From Phoronis australis (Eukaryota; Animalia; Phoronida): a stretch of 64,000 nt of DNA. Location: contig NMRA01000647.1 in the NCBI GenBank assembly GCA_002633005.1, positions 23,711-87,710 of the forward strand, given 5' to 3'. Position numbers and translations under genes: made by a program. Shown one piece after another: positions 11,121 to 25,500 of this stretch. The notes under the pieces were generated by a model. The model was not told the DNA's origin, made no database searches, and saw nothing but the letters and a program-made list of their open reading frames with translations. Positions within the stretch are counted from its first letter, which is position 1. Each line of letters opens with the position of its first letter.

Positions 11121-11804
11121 CTGACTGTTGCTAACTTCACAACCATGGTGACGTCACTGACTGTTGCAAACTTCATATTTAGACCACTTTCATCAAAATT
11201 AATTTGATTTCAAGTTCAGCTGAGAAGTGTTTGTAGGCTTCGAAAAATTGTCTGAATTCGTTATTATTTGAGATTGATGAACGGTGAACGAAATGAGTGG
11301 CTGTAATACTCCTGTGTGTGAGGAGCGCGTCTTCATGGCAAATGAATGATTCAGTTTGTCGATCAAAACAGTTGTTGAGTTATTTTGTATTTTGTAGATC
11401 ATCTTTGGTATTAATTACAGTGAAACGAGCGAACGTTATCTTCTGTCTTTAAGAGGGGTCTCGGCATTTTCCCCTTCATATTCATAACCGTATTCCATTA
11501 TGGCAACAAATTCCGCTCGCCCAACGCGTAGTATAACGGCTTCTTCCTCTTCATCCTGTAACAGTGAAAATAAATGACGCCATGGAAATGTATCGAGCGC
11601 ACACGTACGGAAATACATGTGTTTAAGTGTACGTTGCATTTCAAAGAGTTCAGCAACCGTTTCCCAGCCTTTAAAAGTGTCCAAAGGCACGAACCCGGAA
11701 GTGGTCAACGGCTACTGCATACACTTACAGTGTCTACAAGCCTGTATTCAAAGTGCAATCGACGGTGCAACAATTTACCGAGGAAGGTGGTGGCGATTAC
11801 TGCC

Positions 11805-12010
11805 AGCATGCGCGCACCCAGCCTAAAAAGTGGGGTTCGAATTTTTTAGATTGTGGAATTTTTGCTAAGTCTCACGGGGTACGTTCAGAGCTTTGAATCG
11901 TGCATTCGCCCAATTTTGGTAGTTTCTGCTTTTTTAGTAGACTTTCCTACTTTTTTTGTCTCTGAGGCGAACTTTTTGTCACACTTCGCCAAATGGGGGG
12001 CTCGTTCTGG
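11805..12010. repeat. Dispersed repeat (copies at 30326-30555 and partially 61980-62040)
   Basis: Shared catgcgcgcacccagcct, gttcagagct, ctctgagg..tttttgtc..cacttcgccaaatggggggctc. Confidence 0.75.
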
Positions 12011-13202
12011 AAACCAAAAATATTAACTGAATATGACCGAATGTTGATCAATTTCATTGTGAACATTGAACAATGGTTGAATACCTCGTCTGATGACATG
12101 TATTCATCTTCCGATGACGCTTTTGGCGTCACCATGATTTTGGACGGCGCTTGGTAGCTGTTCCGGAGATTCTTGCTGGTGCTGGTGGCGGCAACTGTCG
12201 AAGTGAGGCCGCGGGACAGAATCATGGAGGACACTTTCGATTTCAGTGTCGACAGCATATTAGAAAACGTTCCATTGTCGCCCAGCCTAAAATTCGGGGT
12301 TTCTGGTCTGCTTGGTTCTTCTTTTTGGGACTGCAATTTCTTCTTGAATTTACTGAAGATCTGGAGTTTATGCATGTTTTTAGTCTTGCGCCGACCTGTT
12401 TTATTAACTTACACAATTGCCGGTAGAGATCGTTTAAGTAGAAGACTAGTTTCTGTGCTTGCAGTTTGGATACGGGTTTCCTCATTACTGAGACTAGATG
12501 CAGACAAGGACGCTCAGTGAGCATTATTCTGCGCTGACATGACGTCATCCTATTGCTGACCTATTTATTCAATCGGTCAATGGATTTATAATGACATGCA
12601 GGTGGACTGATTTTAACCCATGTACAATAAAACTAAAGTAAATAACCCGATAAGCACACAAAATGTGGACTCAAAAAGCACATCAAAATCAACAGACCTA
12701 AGGCTTAAGAAAAACTTTCATATCTCTCGTCTGAGGTGGCTTTTAATATGCGGTAGTTTTAAAGCCTTACTTCAACGGAATTTTGTTACCTGATCATCTT
12801 CGCGAACTATGAAAAACGGATTTTATCCCATCATGTATTCGATTATTCCTTACTTCGTATAAGATTACTGATATCGATTATATGGTCCTAGAAAAGAATT
12901 ATGACTCCCTATTGCACCTCTTTGCGATGGTACAAACATGTATCTACGTGAAAGTTTTACTAAGTAGCAAAACAATTTTTCAATTAAAATGAATCCAAAG
13001 TTGCACTCTCGAAAACCAAGAATCAGTGGTTTTGGACGTTGTCCCAGAAGATGGGATCACAAAAATAATGTTGTGTAACAGGAGTGCCCTGGACATGGTG
13101 ATTATAATTAAGATACATGCGCCCTCTAGTCGTCAAACTGCATTACATGTGGAATTTTCCATGATTTTGGGGTCCTTTGGACATGACCATATTTGGCCAC
13201 GC

Positions 13203-13535
13203 TGTGGCCAGAACCTAGGAGTTATGGGCCCTGCCCTTCAGATAGTATCTGATTGGTTGAAACTGTCTACTTAAGCTTTGTCTCTGTCAGACACGGGGAG
13301 TCCAGTCGCAGAGCTCGAGAAGTTAACACCTACACTCTCACTTACACCAAATTCCAACTATTTGTGCAGCTTTCGGGCTCCTCCCGAACTGGGTTACCAA
13401 TAGTTTAGCCCCAGCAATTCTCGGGATCCTCCTGAGCTTGACTGCATCTCACCTTTCGGATCTGAATAACTAAATTGTCCCCGCTCTTACACATACAACT
13501 ATTAGTTAGCGACTGGCCCGCCCGTGTACATCACA
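13203..13535. mobile_element. Candidate solo LTR
   Basis: TGTG...CACA ends, 333 bp, internal CCAAT- and TATA-like motifs, imperfect 4-bp flanks (acgc/acgg). Confidence 0.3.
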
Positions 13536-15100
13536 ACGGTGCGACACCATGGAACAACTGGAGTGCTTGTAAGTGTGAAACATTGTATTTACAATAAACG
13601 TATGTAATATTCACCATTTGATTTCAATATCACCCTCAGTCCGCACCGGGCTCGTAAAATCGGGGCGCCTTGGTCGTAGATACCGCCCCCGCTACAGTTG
13701 CAAAGGCAGTTTTGGCAGGGCAATCCTGCAATTACACTCGTACGAAAATTTAAATCGCGTTGACATGTGTCCGGTATATGCATGTGTTTGCAAGTGTGTT
13801 GAGATGGATTTACTCGACCTCCACGGGAAAGGTGATAATTCAACACGAGTGCATTTACGACATGATAAAAATAAATATCGTACGTGGAACTACACTTGGG
13901 CTTAAATGTACGCCAGTTCAAACAGCATCATGTTCAGTGTAAACCGGGTTTTATTTGAGTTTGTGAGACATTTGAAAATAATAACAATTTCTGTGACAAA
14001 ATGGTACTAGCTAGTGCTTATTTTTGTCAGTTTCTGGAGCTTGTGGCAGTTTGAGATTTCTTCGGATCTGTCTCATTCTATATCAAGTTCTTTGAAGGGT
14101 CTTCGTGAAATTAGAATTTCTATTGACATTTTGGACTGATGTGACTACTGTGGTGCCTGCATGTGGTGGATAATTACCATTGTGTCTGCCTTGATATCTA
14201 AGTTCGTTGATTGATCTTCGCGAAATTCTATCTATGTATTCCTAGTGATTGTGAGTCCAACTGGTGGTAATTTTCAAATATATCAGACTACACTGAAAAT
14301 GTATAAAAATAATACCCCTTACACCTTTATTGTTTGCCACCACTCTGTGGGTTCATACATTACGCCATGTGTAGCTCCTGTTATTTTATTACAGAGTAAT
14401 AACAGAAATAAAAATAGAATACAAGTTTCACTTATCTAACTCACCGTATGACCGTAATTGTCAGCGACTTAGTAGTGTTCAAGCACAGGATTTGAAATAG
14501 ACCCGGTTAAATAAATAAGTGCGCAGGATATGCTTGCATGGACCGACTTTGAGTCGATGAACCACAAAGAACCAATGATCATGAGTCAACTCCTCGCTAG
14601 TTTTGTTACCCCAACACCTAAGCGACCTTAAGCCAGACTGTGACTAACCCGGCCTAATCGGTTCACATATGAATGCGTGTGGATTAGCCGCGCTGCTGAA
14701 CAAAATGAAATCACTTAATTCTTTCAAAGTGCATGGAGTATAAAAATTCGAAGACGGTTAATATTTTCTTTTCGATTTTAGAAACAGCTATGCTGGTCCT
14801 TTGGCTTCCTTATTGTTCGTTTTTTGGCTTTGACTTGTTCGCGTGAATTTTATCTCATGTAAAACCTTGATCGTCTGCAACATGACATACCGGCCTTCAC
14901 CCACAACACGTAAAACCAGCGATTCTATGGCAACAAGTATCTCACTGACCCAAATGAGAAAATATGCCGAGCTACGTGTAAATGTATTAACACTGTATTA
15001 TTAACTGCAGGCAACATACTTTAAAATGTCTAACATTTAAAGCAACGCAGACTATTAAGCGATGCTTCGACATAGACATAATTATTTCATATTACCCGTA

Positions 15101-15404
15101 CCGTATTCCCTGGCCTTTAGGTCCATGAGCCTATATCCACGGTCTTTATTTACCCAAGTGGTTAGCATATAAGCCTAGGTAATGTTCCCTGCATACAAGC
15201 GCACCAGTTTCTATTTAAAAACTTCGCTTGCATTTTGCCGCATTGCAGCGCATATAGGTCCATGGACCTATATCCGAAAGAATGCCTTTTTCTTGCAGAC
15301 GTTTTAACCAAGTTGTTGGTATATTGGCTAATGCGCCTTAAGTTTCGCATATAGCGCTGTTCCGCACAGACGCCCATGACCGTATAATAGCGTGGCATAT
15401 ACGG
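15101..15404. mobile_element. Tc1/mariner-pogo type MITE
   Basis: TA|CCGTAT ... ATACGG|TA termini, internal ggtccatg..cctatatcc repeats. Confidence 0.55.
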
Positions 15405-16373
15405 TAGAGAAGAGGACTGAATTCAGTTTATACCCATACTCTATATCGTTATGCACTTGTCTGGTTAGTACATGTAGGTCGTTGAATTCGTGATGTCTCG
15501 CTTTTATTTCTTACATGTACAGTGTACCCCAGTTCTGTGTATGATAAGGAAAAACATCAGCGTTTTACTATACATCGGACAATACATCTTCCATGTTAAA
15601 ACCTTTATCATACATGCAGAGGTATCCTTTGGCACGACACAATCTAGAGGTTGATCGACTTTCTTCCTCAAAAGCGATCAGTGGTAAGGTGAGCCGCAAG
15701 TAAGTGATGGCAAATGTGACCTTACTGTTCCTATAGTTCGAGAATGTCAGCCATACTAATAAGTCTTGTATTAGTACTTGTATTTGTTCGTTCAAAGAAA
15801 GTTAAGCCCTAGATTTTGGTCTGTTGTGTTTAAAGGATACTAATCCATGTTTTGCCGATTTCAACCAATCCTCGTTCTGTCACCTGCTAATGCATCATTG
15901 GCGTCAACCGCCCAAGTTAAAGACAGGAATCAACTAAACCTAATACTCCCAATGCCACAGATTTCAAAGCATGGCTCTTGGTGGGTGGTCTTTTCCACAG
16001 TTACCGTGTAATTCGCTAATAGCGTCTAGGTTAAGATGCCCGTTCAGCAGACATTGAAAGAAGTTTTCAAATTTTCTCCAAATTGTTAGGGGTTAACGAG
16101 GGTTACAGAGCATTATTTTGTTTCACAGAATTGGACGGGAAAGTTTTTTTAGTATCTGTTAATAGGCAAAAATGGGTGTGGTATCCTTTTAACCTATACA
16201 AACATATGTATGAGTATCCGACATTACCTAATTCCCATATGTGTGAGTATTCTTTACACCACAACACTCTAACACAATGTCATGCGGTTATGGCATACCA
16301 AATCTACGATACTTTATCAACAATTTGCTTCATGAGTTTAACGAAGCGTTCTGGCAAAAGGTAGCGAAGGAAC

Positions 16374-16558
16374 CTACACCAAAAGAATAAACGCTATAGC
16401 AAGAGCCACGAACACTGCGGTGGTCACAACATAAAGAACCAGCAGAAATCTCTTTAGCAAACCATTTGGGTGTTTTGTCAGTGCTGGCTCGGAAGACGGT
16501 TTGTGATCAGTGGATCCGTTATTCATGTTGTCCATGGATATGGTCGTGTCGAATCCAT
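16374..16558 (-). CDS. FRRS1: FRRS1-like terminal exon
   Basis: DGFDTTISMD..LLKRFLLVLYVVTTAVFVALAIAFILLV*; phase 1 acceptor, final TM helix as in FRRS1. Confidence 0.8.
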
Positions 16559-19500
16559 CTGCAAATGTCAAAAAAGACCATGTGTATATTGTTGTGGACA
16601 CTATGAATGCATGTGTAAAACAGTAATAATAGGCCAGTTGTTTGAATTGCCGCCAGTACATTATTTGGTTCTCCGGCGTTGAAAATGAGAGGAGCAATAC
16701 TCTCAATAAAGGCGAGATATACAGTGCAAGGAGTGGCAAAGACTCGACAACTCGACTCAACGACTACTCTAACGGTTTTAATAAATCGAAGAATAAATTC
16801 AAACGACTCTCCTGCAGTATTCGTGACTGAACTAGAAAACATTCATTACGCTTATTCAAGATGAAAACTGCATGCAAGATGAATAAATTAAATTTTACAA
16901 TCTTAGTACCATGACTAGGTCATAATTGCAGTTTTTAAGTCCAATGACAATTCGTTATTCCTAGTTTTCCAAGAAGAACGTGCATCGAATGATTATTTGT
17001 CTAATCACGGTCAGGGCCCGGAATCCAAATCTTTGAACTCGAAACGAACTCGAAATTTTTTGGCAATTTACCTGCATCTTTTCTGCCAACTTAAGATAAG
17101 TGGTTATGAAACTATGCTCGAACACATGGTTTACGCATATGAGTTTCTAGTCCTAGTTTGCACTTGATGACCCTTATATTCGTGCTAAGTACTCTAGTAA
17201 AAACTCGAAATTGAGTTCAAACTCGAAATTTTGGCCATAATTTTGGGTTCATCAACCGCAAACTAGGACTAAAATATTTATCCACTATGTACTCGAGCAT
17301 AGAATAATGTTCACTTATTTTGAGTTCGCACAAATTTAAAGTAGAGCAGAAAATGCCAAACACAATTCGAGTTCCATTTCCAGCAAAAAAGATTAGAACC
17401 CGGGCCGCCATTTGATATCTCGTGTTTTAGCGATATGACAAATGACTCCCTTCGACAACCCAAGAGAAAGAAACTAATAGCCAAAGCGATAGGTCTCTTT
17501 TGCTGACCAAAACCTCTCGTGGGAGATCCACATGTAAACTTTCCACAACACAGCTATACCAGTACTACGCCTCATCATGTAACACCAACAAAAGGAGGTC
17601 TGCATCACCACGTCATCAGAACCTCATAACCTAACATTCGAATAACCATATGCCTTGTACATGTATTTAGGCCAAATGTGTTTGTTATAAATTACACGTG
17701 ATGCATTGTTTCGTAAACGGTGGTAGGCATTGTTTCAATAATTATCTCTTCTGGCACACCAATCTCCACTGGATGGGGATCGAGCTAACTATCTCCGGGT
17801 AATTTCAGTCAATTGAAAGATTTTAAAAAGGGAACAGCATGCTCCCGACACCACTGCTACATGCGGAAAGTTTGGTACGAACCATGGGCTTCAATGGATT
17901 TTCTATTCATCATTGAACACTTAACGTTACCAGCCTACAAGCTTCAGATCTCAAAGGTTTATTGGTTAACGGTTTCCTCCGCACTGAGTCACTACGTTCG
18001 ACTACAGAACCTGCTGCATTTAATAATATTTAAACAATCTCCCCATCACATAAGGAATTCCAAGACGTATCAGTGATCCAAGACTTAAATTAAAGAACCA
18101 CTGCATTCGCTCACATATTTCTTTTATCTAAAAATCTAAAGTCTTGTGTACATAAATTGACTATGTGTTCTTCAAGACAAATTTTAATTAAAATTGTTCT
18201 GTGCACGACTCCAGTAGGGGAGCAGTAGGGCAATTTATAGCCTTTCCGTTTCCAGCTTAATGGGGCTATTCGGAAAATCTACAATAACTAGAGGGCGTGC
18301 GTGTACTAGTGGTGATAGATTAACAGCCTCGATTTCGCGAGCCCTTTAAATACATGGTGAAATGGCTTGCAGCCGTGCCAACTGAATCTGAGATTGCGTA
18401 AAAAGGGTGCTTCTATGAGAGGAAGTAAGCACGACCTCATACAAAGGTAAGGTTTGTGATTATTTTAACGATTATTCCATGATTATTCTACCGATGCCTG
18501 TTAACTGAGGCACTCGCCGATGTCGACTTCGCGGCAGTCAGTCGCCAGCCAGAGTCTGGTTAATCTTTGTATGTTGTGATATGTGATACGATACTTGACG
18601 TAGCAATCGGGATCTTTTCGTACATCAAAGCATTATTATTGTTTGGAATGATTTCTAAAAGTTTATCAGTGACAGTTACATCAATCAATGCTGAATGTTT
18701 ATGCTGTCAACTCGATACAGGTTAATGAGTTAAGATTACAATCCAATCCCAATGGCAAAGGGTACGTGAGTGATAAATATCCATTGCATTAGACTATTTG
18801 TTTACTCCCTATCATATGTCTTCTGGAAATCTATTACACGTTGAAATGGAAATCTATCACGTCAGTTTTCACGTAACCTTTGGTTTTTAGGTTTGAAGGC
18901 TTGTACCGTGCAGAGGAGATATGCATCGCTTCTGCACCGTCCCTGAATGGACAAAAATTGGTTTTTAGCATTTGACTGCAGCTAACCAACAAGATCTTCC
19001 CATCCAGTGCAGATCTGTTGTCAAAGCCTACTTTCAATATTGGAGACAACGAACAAAGCCTTTGAAAAGGAACAGCTATTTTTAAAGTCATTTTGTTAAA
19101 TTACTTATTCAGGTCCCGAGGGGGGATTGGCATGGGGGGTTGTAATATTTGGTACAACTGAATGTGTGGAAATAACAGGTAATACATGTTTGGGGAAAAG
19201 AGCATGGTGAGGTAATTCTTAACCTTCACGAAGTCCCTTCAAGTTGATTTCATGAAACTGTTTTGCTACTTGTATCAATTGTAAAACCACGAAAATATAT
19301 TACATTTTCCGAATTCACAGTGACTGAATAGTCTTAACTCATGCCTTGAAATGTTGCAAGTCGTTATAAATTCAAATGACTGCCATTTTTGTGAAAATTG
19401 CATTTTTGATGGTGCCTTACGATTTGTAATTACTCTTAAACAACAGAAAGATTATCCATCATTTTTAAATGACCCAAGTCTTCATATCTTCTATTAGAAG

Positions 19501-22500
19501 AAAAACGGTTCCCTCAACCTTAGGCTAGAAGTATGCTTGACAGACCCATGAACCTGTAATCTGAGTTTAAAATTGCTGAAAGTATCAAAATTAAAAAGGC
19601 TTGAAAATGGGTAACAAAGGTTTGAAGTTGTCTCAAAAAACTTGTATATTTTACAGACAAGTGATGCGTTTAAAGAATTGTTATGGCTAGGGATAAAAAA
19701 TAAAGACACAGTTTTATGCAATACTCATTATATACACCCTTGGTTTCTGAAAATAGTAATTATTTACTTTTATGTGAAACTGTAGACCAATCACCATATA
19801 TTTTTGAAAAACAGGGATAACATTTTTGATCCAATCTGGAGTACTTAATTATTCATATTTCAATATTTGTTCCAGGTTCAGTGACATTTTAAGGCCACTT
19901 CAAGCTGTATCATAGACAAGCTTTGTTACTCCGTTCTCTTCCCACAGCACTTCCACACACCAGCAGTGCTGCATGGCACAATGTGCAAGTCAGTGGCCCT
20001 GGAGAAATGTGAATCGCAGTACTAAGTTACCATAAGACAATGTGCCAGTGGAGTGTCTGTGTATCCAGACGAACTATATCTGACTGCTACACAAATAAGC
20101 CTTGTTGGTGAGGATGCCCTTTCATAGGCAATGAGTCATGTGTGGACAATAGCTTATTTCCTTTCCTGGAAGAAACATGAGGGACTGAAGCTAAAGAAGA
20201 CCTAGTCACACTCTGGTCTAGTTCAGAGTCTGATTTTGGGCTCAAAACGATTCAAGTGATATGCTGCTGTGTTTACCTTCAAGGGTCTAATTGTGGATGT
20301 TATTGAGGCTGAATGAGGTTACATGAAAGAAAGCCACGTGTTGAAACTGGACCTTTTTTACAAGCGCTTCTATAGGCCATTGAAACTAGAACCCAGTGAA
20401 ATGAAAGCCAAAAGCTGAGTGACATTAAATTTTCCTTTCAGAAGAAAGGCTTTATACTATTGGTAAAAACTTTTCAATTTGGTACAGATTATGGGGAAAT
20501 GACATTCAGTGACTGCATCGATTGTCTTATTGTATGTTTTCAATTGTAGCTAGCTGGATAAGAATCTGCTATGCACAAGATTCGAGAATAAACAATTATC
20601 AGTGTATTTAAAAACAAATGGCAAACTGAAAAAGCACAGAAAGAAACAACATTGCGAGGGAGTCCATAATCAGGCATATCAGGTGCTGAATTTCTGAATT
20701 ACGTTCAATTCTCTCAGGTTATTGCTGAAGGATTGCTTTTCACTTTGTCCAACGGTGAAATAGATGGTCAGGCGGTTGGTTTCAGTTGTTTTTTCTTGCC
20801 TGTAACAGAATAGAAATATTAGCAAATTGTAAAAGAAAAGACAAGACAAAACTACTTTTGTAAGGCAGAACATACTTGACATTTCATCTTCATGTTTATG
20901 TGTAGAAACTAATAACCTTTGTACCCAAGTCTTATTTAATATCTGAATTAAAATATGTGAAACAGGCTAAAAGTGATTTAACAATGTGTATTTTTCATGA
21001 CACTTAAAATGTGCTTCTGATCTCAACAAGTAAAATTCATTCTAGGTGTCAATTTTTTTCCAATGCAATGTTACGACATTTACTGAATTAAGGCTTATTC
21101 ATGTTAATTCGATAACTGAGCTGGTGGTCCTGGGGGTGGGGTCCACGATAAAATAAGGAAACTCACTCATCTAGAGAATTTTATTGGAAACAGCATAGTT
21201 TTGAAGAGAAACTGCTGTGAAAAAGTCACTCTTGACTTCTGTGCATCACGTACCATACACCTCTTATTTTGGGAGCACTCCCACCCAGGACAATATGAAT
21301 ATGTGCTGCTAGCCTACCCGGCATCGGGTGAGTTTCCAAAAAGAAACACTTAGTTCCACTCAATAAAACTGTTATTCAGTGGGGTAACTGGTGGGGATAA
21401 CATCACCGAACGATGTTGATAGAAACTGATTGCTAAAAACTTACCAAGTAATGTTGTGTAGTCTCCGAATGGAACTGCATAGTCATAGACATAGAGCACA
21501 CACGGGGCTTCAGCATCCACACACTTTTTGTCAGTTAGTTGACCCTGTTGACCGCAGTTGTCCACGAATATAGTAACCTTAGGTCTTTTGGGAATTTGTG
21601 GCCACCTGTCGAAGACTTGCACCAGGGAAATTAGCAGTAATAAGGCTTAGCGCGACGACGTATTTTGATAAAAATTACATCTTTTACCAGTTGTTTACAT
21701 GCAGACAGCCACGCATGCGCAATTCAATCACCACTAGTACAGCAGCGACACCGCGAGGACAATTCTCCGAATAGCCCCATTGGGCTGAAGATGTTGTGTT
21801 GCACATGTGCCACAGATTATGGCATCGATAGACGCTAAATTTGATCTCCACGTGGTTCTTTGTGAGGTGAGAAGTAATACATAGTGGGCAGAATACCTGT
21901 TATTACATCGTTAGTCGTTAGTTTTGGCTTAAATGATACTTTGGCTGCCAGCCTAGTCACCGCATCCATGAAGTTTTCGCGTAGGGCAATGTTTCTTCTT
22001 TGTCCAAAATCTACATGTATGCGTGACACCGGATGTCGTGGGACGTCTACAAAACTTGATACTATACCTCGTTGTTTGTATTCTCGACACCTCATGATTT
22101 CGAACAGCATCTCCCATAGCACTTGCACGCCTATCCAGACTCCAATCAATACAGTGAGTCGATAGATGAGCAGTCGAGGTAGCAATGATATGTTAACGCC
22201 CAACATCAAGCAAAACGCTGAAAGGATACACGGAGATGAATATATTCCACCGCTGTTTATATAAAACATTCCATTTAAATAGTCATTCAAAACATCTATA
22301 GCCTCCATAAAATTTTATACTTTTCGATTTTAAAATACAGCAATTAATTCATGAGTAAATTAATAGTCCAAACTTTTACTTAGGACAAATTTTACTATTC
22401 GTGAATTAGGCGGAATTCCGTGATTCATGTATTACAGCTGAAAATCGGCTGATGCTTGTAATTACTAGCCTTTCTCCTCTCGGTCAATGATCCATAAAAT

Positions 22501-25500
22501 TACTTGTCAAACCCTTTTAACATAAAGCGCACTTGAAATCTTGAGCTTTTACTCGAGTGTGTACTTCGAATATAGAGGTTATCAGGTGCAACGAAACTTC
22601 GAGTACATGAACTGCAATATACTCGACTACAGAACAGTGGACATTTAGTTGGCACAAAAGCAGAACAGAAAATATGAAAAATAAAGGCGAATTCGGAGTC
22701 CAGAAAGAGATTTAATGACAACAACACAAATAATATGTTATCAACTAGGTTTATTCAAACGCGGCAGCACCGATGTTGACGACTCGTCGAACCTTCAGGC
22801 TAACTGTGTCAGACGAGCGGACTAATGGTTGAGCGGTTTCGTTTGAGAAACATATCCACGGGGTAGCGAAAGAGAAAACGGGTTGACACCTACTTGACAG
22901 GGTGATGACAATTACCTGGGCTTGATTAAATTAATGGTGGTTACTGTTGCGTTTTTCCTAATGTTGTAACTTAAAGATACTTGCCAGCAAATCCGTGATT
23001 GAGTTTTCCAGCAATCCGGTGAACCCACGTGAATATAGGTCGTTTCGACGATGTTGGATCTGGCCTCGCCAAAGCCAGTAGCAACTGTATACATAGAAGA
23101 GACATGACGACTATGCCAATGGCCGCGTGCAGAGTTACCGCCTGAAATACGACGTGATTTTGTTGAAGGAATATTTAAAAGACATAACTGTTCCAAAAAC
23201 GGTGGCTGCGGAGCCAAATGGGTTTCTTTTAAGTCAAACGTGAGCACATTGCCATTGCCAAATTTACAGATGGGCAACGTAACGAATTTCTGGTTAAGAA
23301 AATGTATACGTACATCTTTCCACCCTCCAACCTTGATGAAGATAAGTACAAAACTAGCAGCAGTAAGGACAAACACCAGTGACAGAGAGAGACGATGAAT
23401 CTACAATTAAAAAGGGCACATGTTCACGTGCACAATGCTGGATTATGAAATATCATAAAAGTTCCGCAAAACATATTGATGTGTGTGTGTGTGCGCGCAC
23501 GCGCGCGCGTGTGTGTGTGTGTTTGTGCGTGCGTGCGTGCGTGCCTGTGTGTGTTATATATATATATATATATATATTTTATTTAATTTAAAAAGTAAAT
23601 CAAAATAGCCATGGAAACCAATCAAGTTATTTGCAAAGACGTGGACGTTTCGCTTTTGTTCGTTTATTCTGAGGAAACACTTGCTTGAGATACTTTTACC
23701 TCAGTACACAGATGCTAAAGACTAGGTATCTGTAGAACGACTTTAGTACACTTAAAGCCATCAATTGTAAAAACAAATCTGCAAAGAGTGATCTTTGAAT
23801 AAACGTTTGCAAAATACTTTGTGTTTGGCTATAAACTGATTTGCCTTGTGCACGTTAACTAACCTGAAACCAGGCTTTCACACCGCATGACATTTTCCCG
23901 CCAAAGCCTTCCCGGAAGTGTCTTCCGATAATCATCGCGAATCCAGCTAGTCCTATCCACGCGATAAAAACCATGATGGCTGGAAAAAACACCCAAACGT
24001 TATACACCACTGTGAAAATGATTTGAGGGGCACATCTACCATTTGGGTCCTTAAGGTATTCGACAAAGAGAATATAGTTCCAACTTAAACTTACGTAACG
24101 CACGTCTACTGTACGTTCCGAGACTCACTCACAGCTATCAACATCACCTACGAGGCCCAAACAAGCGAGGGAAGTTTTCATTCGAAACATTGGCAGAATA
24201 CATGATAATAGAAGAGGCCCCATCCTCACCACTGTCATCTCTCTGAAGTAGAACATATACACTTACCGTGAGCTTGAATTGTCATAGGTAGAGCGTCCAT
24301 GTAGACGATGTCTGTCGACTGGAAGCTGACCTTTCCCGGTGATACCAACGGGAGCTCGACGTGCTTGTATATGACGTCACTTCCTGCAATCCAAAGAGTT
24401 TGGCGACGACGTTAACCATTGATTTAATGGCCAGCTGCTGTGATTGATCAAGGGCAAAGTGATTTTCAATTCCTATTGGTTGCTTTTGCCTAACTGCAGC
24501 GACTGGAATCTGTTCCATTTTGATTATTTCGCGTCACTTTCGACTAGCACACGAATTTACACTGTTGTTTGAAGAATACCGTGAGAGGACCCAACCATTT
24601 TTACCAGGAAAAATCCCTGCCTGAGTGATTAAAGCAATAAGCTAACAAAACAGGCACAACCTGTTCAATAACTCATCAGTTGAAACTCAGTTCAATTTTG
24701 CGTTTCTCCCATGCTTTTCATTGCAGGGTACGTGAACTTAGCTTGCCCCTCCCCCCATTCAGTCCCCGCCTGTCTTTGAGTATTTCTGGCTCCGTCATAT
24801 TGTCTACAACTGCTTTTATTTTAGGTAGGGTTCTTATGGCGTGTTGCCAAGCCCCATAGGCCTTTCTAAATCTGCCTGTGACTATTTGATCAAACTACTA
24901 AGCCGACCCTAATGGATATGATCATCGTGTAACCGTTCCTATGAACAAAATAACAGATGAACAGCAGATGCAACAATAACCTGATTAAACGTGAGTGTGA
25001 CATCACTTTATAAATTCTGAAAAATTCGAGCTTATCACGTCATGATGTCCGTAAGGAAATGTTAAATTAGCAATCAATAAAAANAATTCCTATTGGTTGC
25101 TTTTGCCTAACTGCAGCGACTGGAATCTGTTCCATTTTGATTATTTCGCGTCACTTTCGACTAGCACACGAATTTACACTGTTGTTTGAAGAATACCGTG
25201 AGAGGACCCAACCATTTTTACCAGGAAAAATCCCTGCCTGAGTGATTAAAGCAATAAGCTAACAAAACAGGCACAACCTGTTCAATAACTCATCAGTTGA
25301 AACTCAGTTCAATTTTGCGTTTCTCCCATGCTTTTCATTGCAGGGTACGTGAACTTAGCTTGCCCCTCCCCCCATTCAGTCCCCGCCTGTCTTTGAGTAT
25401 TTCTGGCTCCGTCATATTGTCTACAACTGCTTTTATTTTAGGTAGGGTTCTTATGGCGTGTTGCCAAGCCCCATAGGCCTTTCTAAATCTGTCTGTGACT

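Larger units (their letters stand above)
18262..21778. mobile_element. Decayed ISL2EU-type (PIF/Harbinger-related) DNA transposon in the last FRRS1-like intron
   Basis: AT|GGGGCTATTCGGA ... TCCGAATAGCCCC|AT; subterminal gtactagtggtgat/atcaccactagtac; convergent YqaJ (+) and THAP (-) remnants. Confidence 0.82.
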
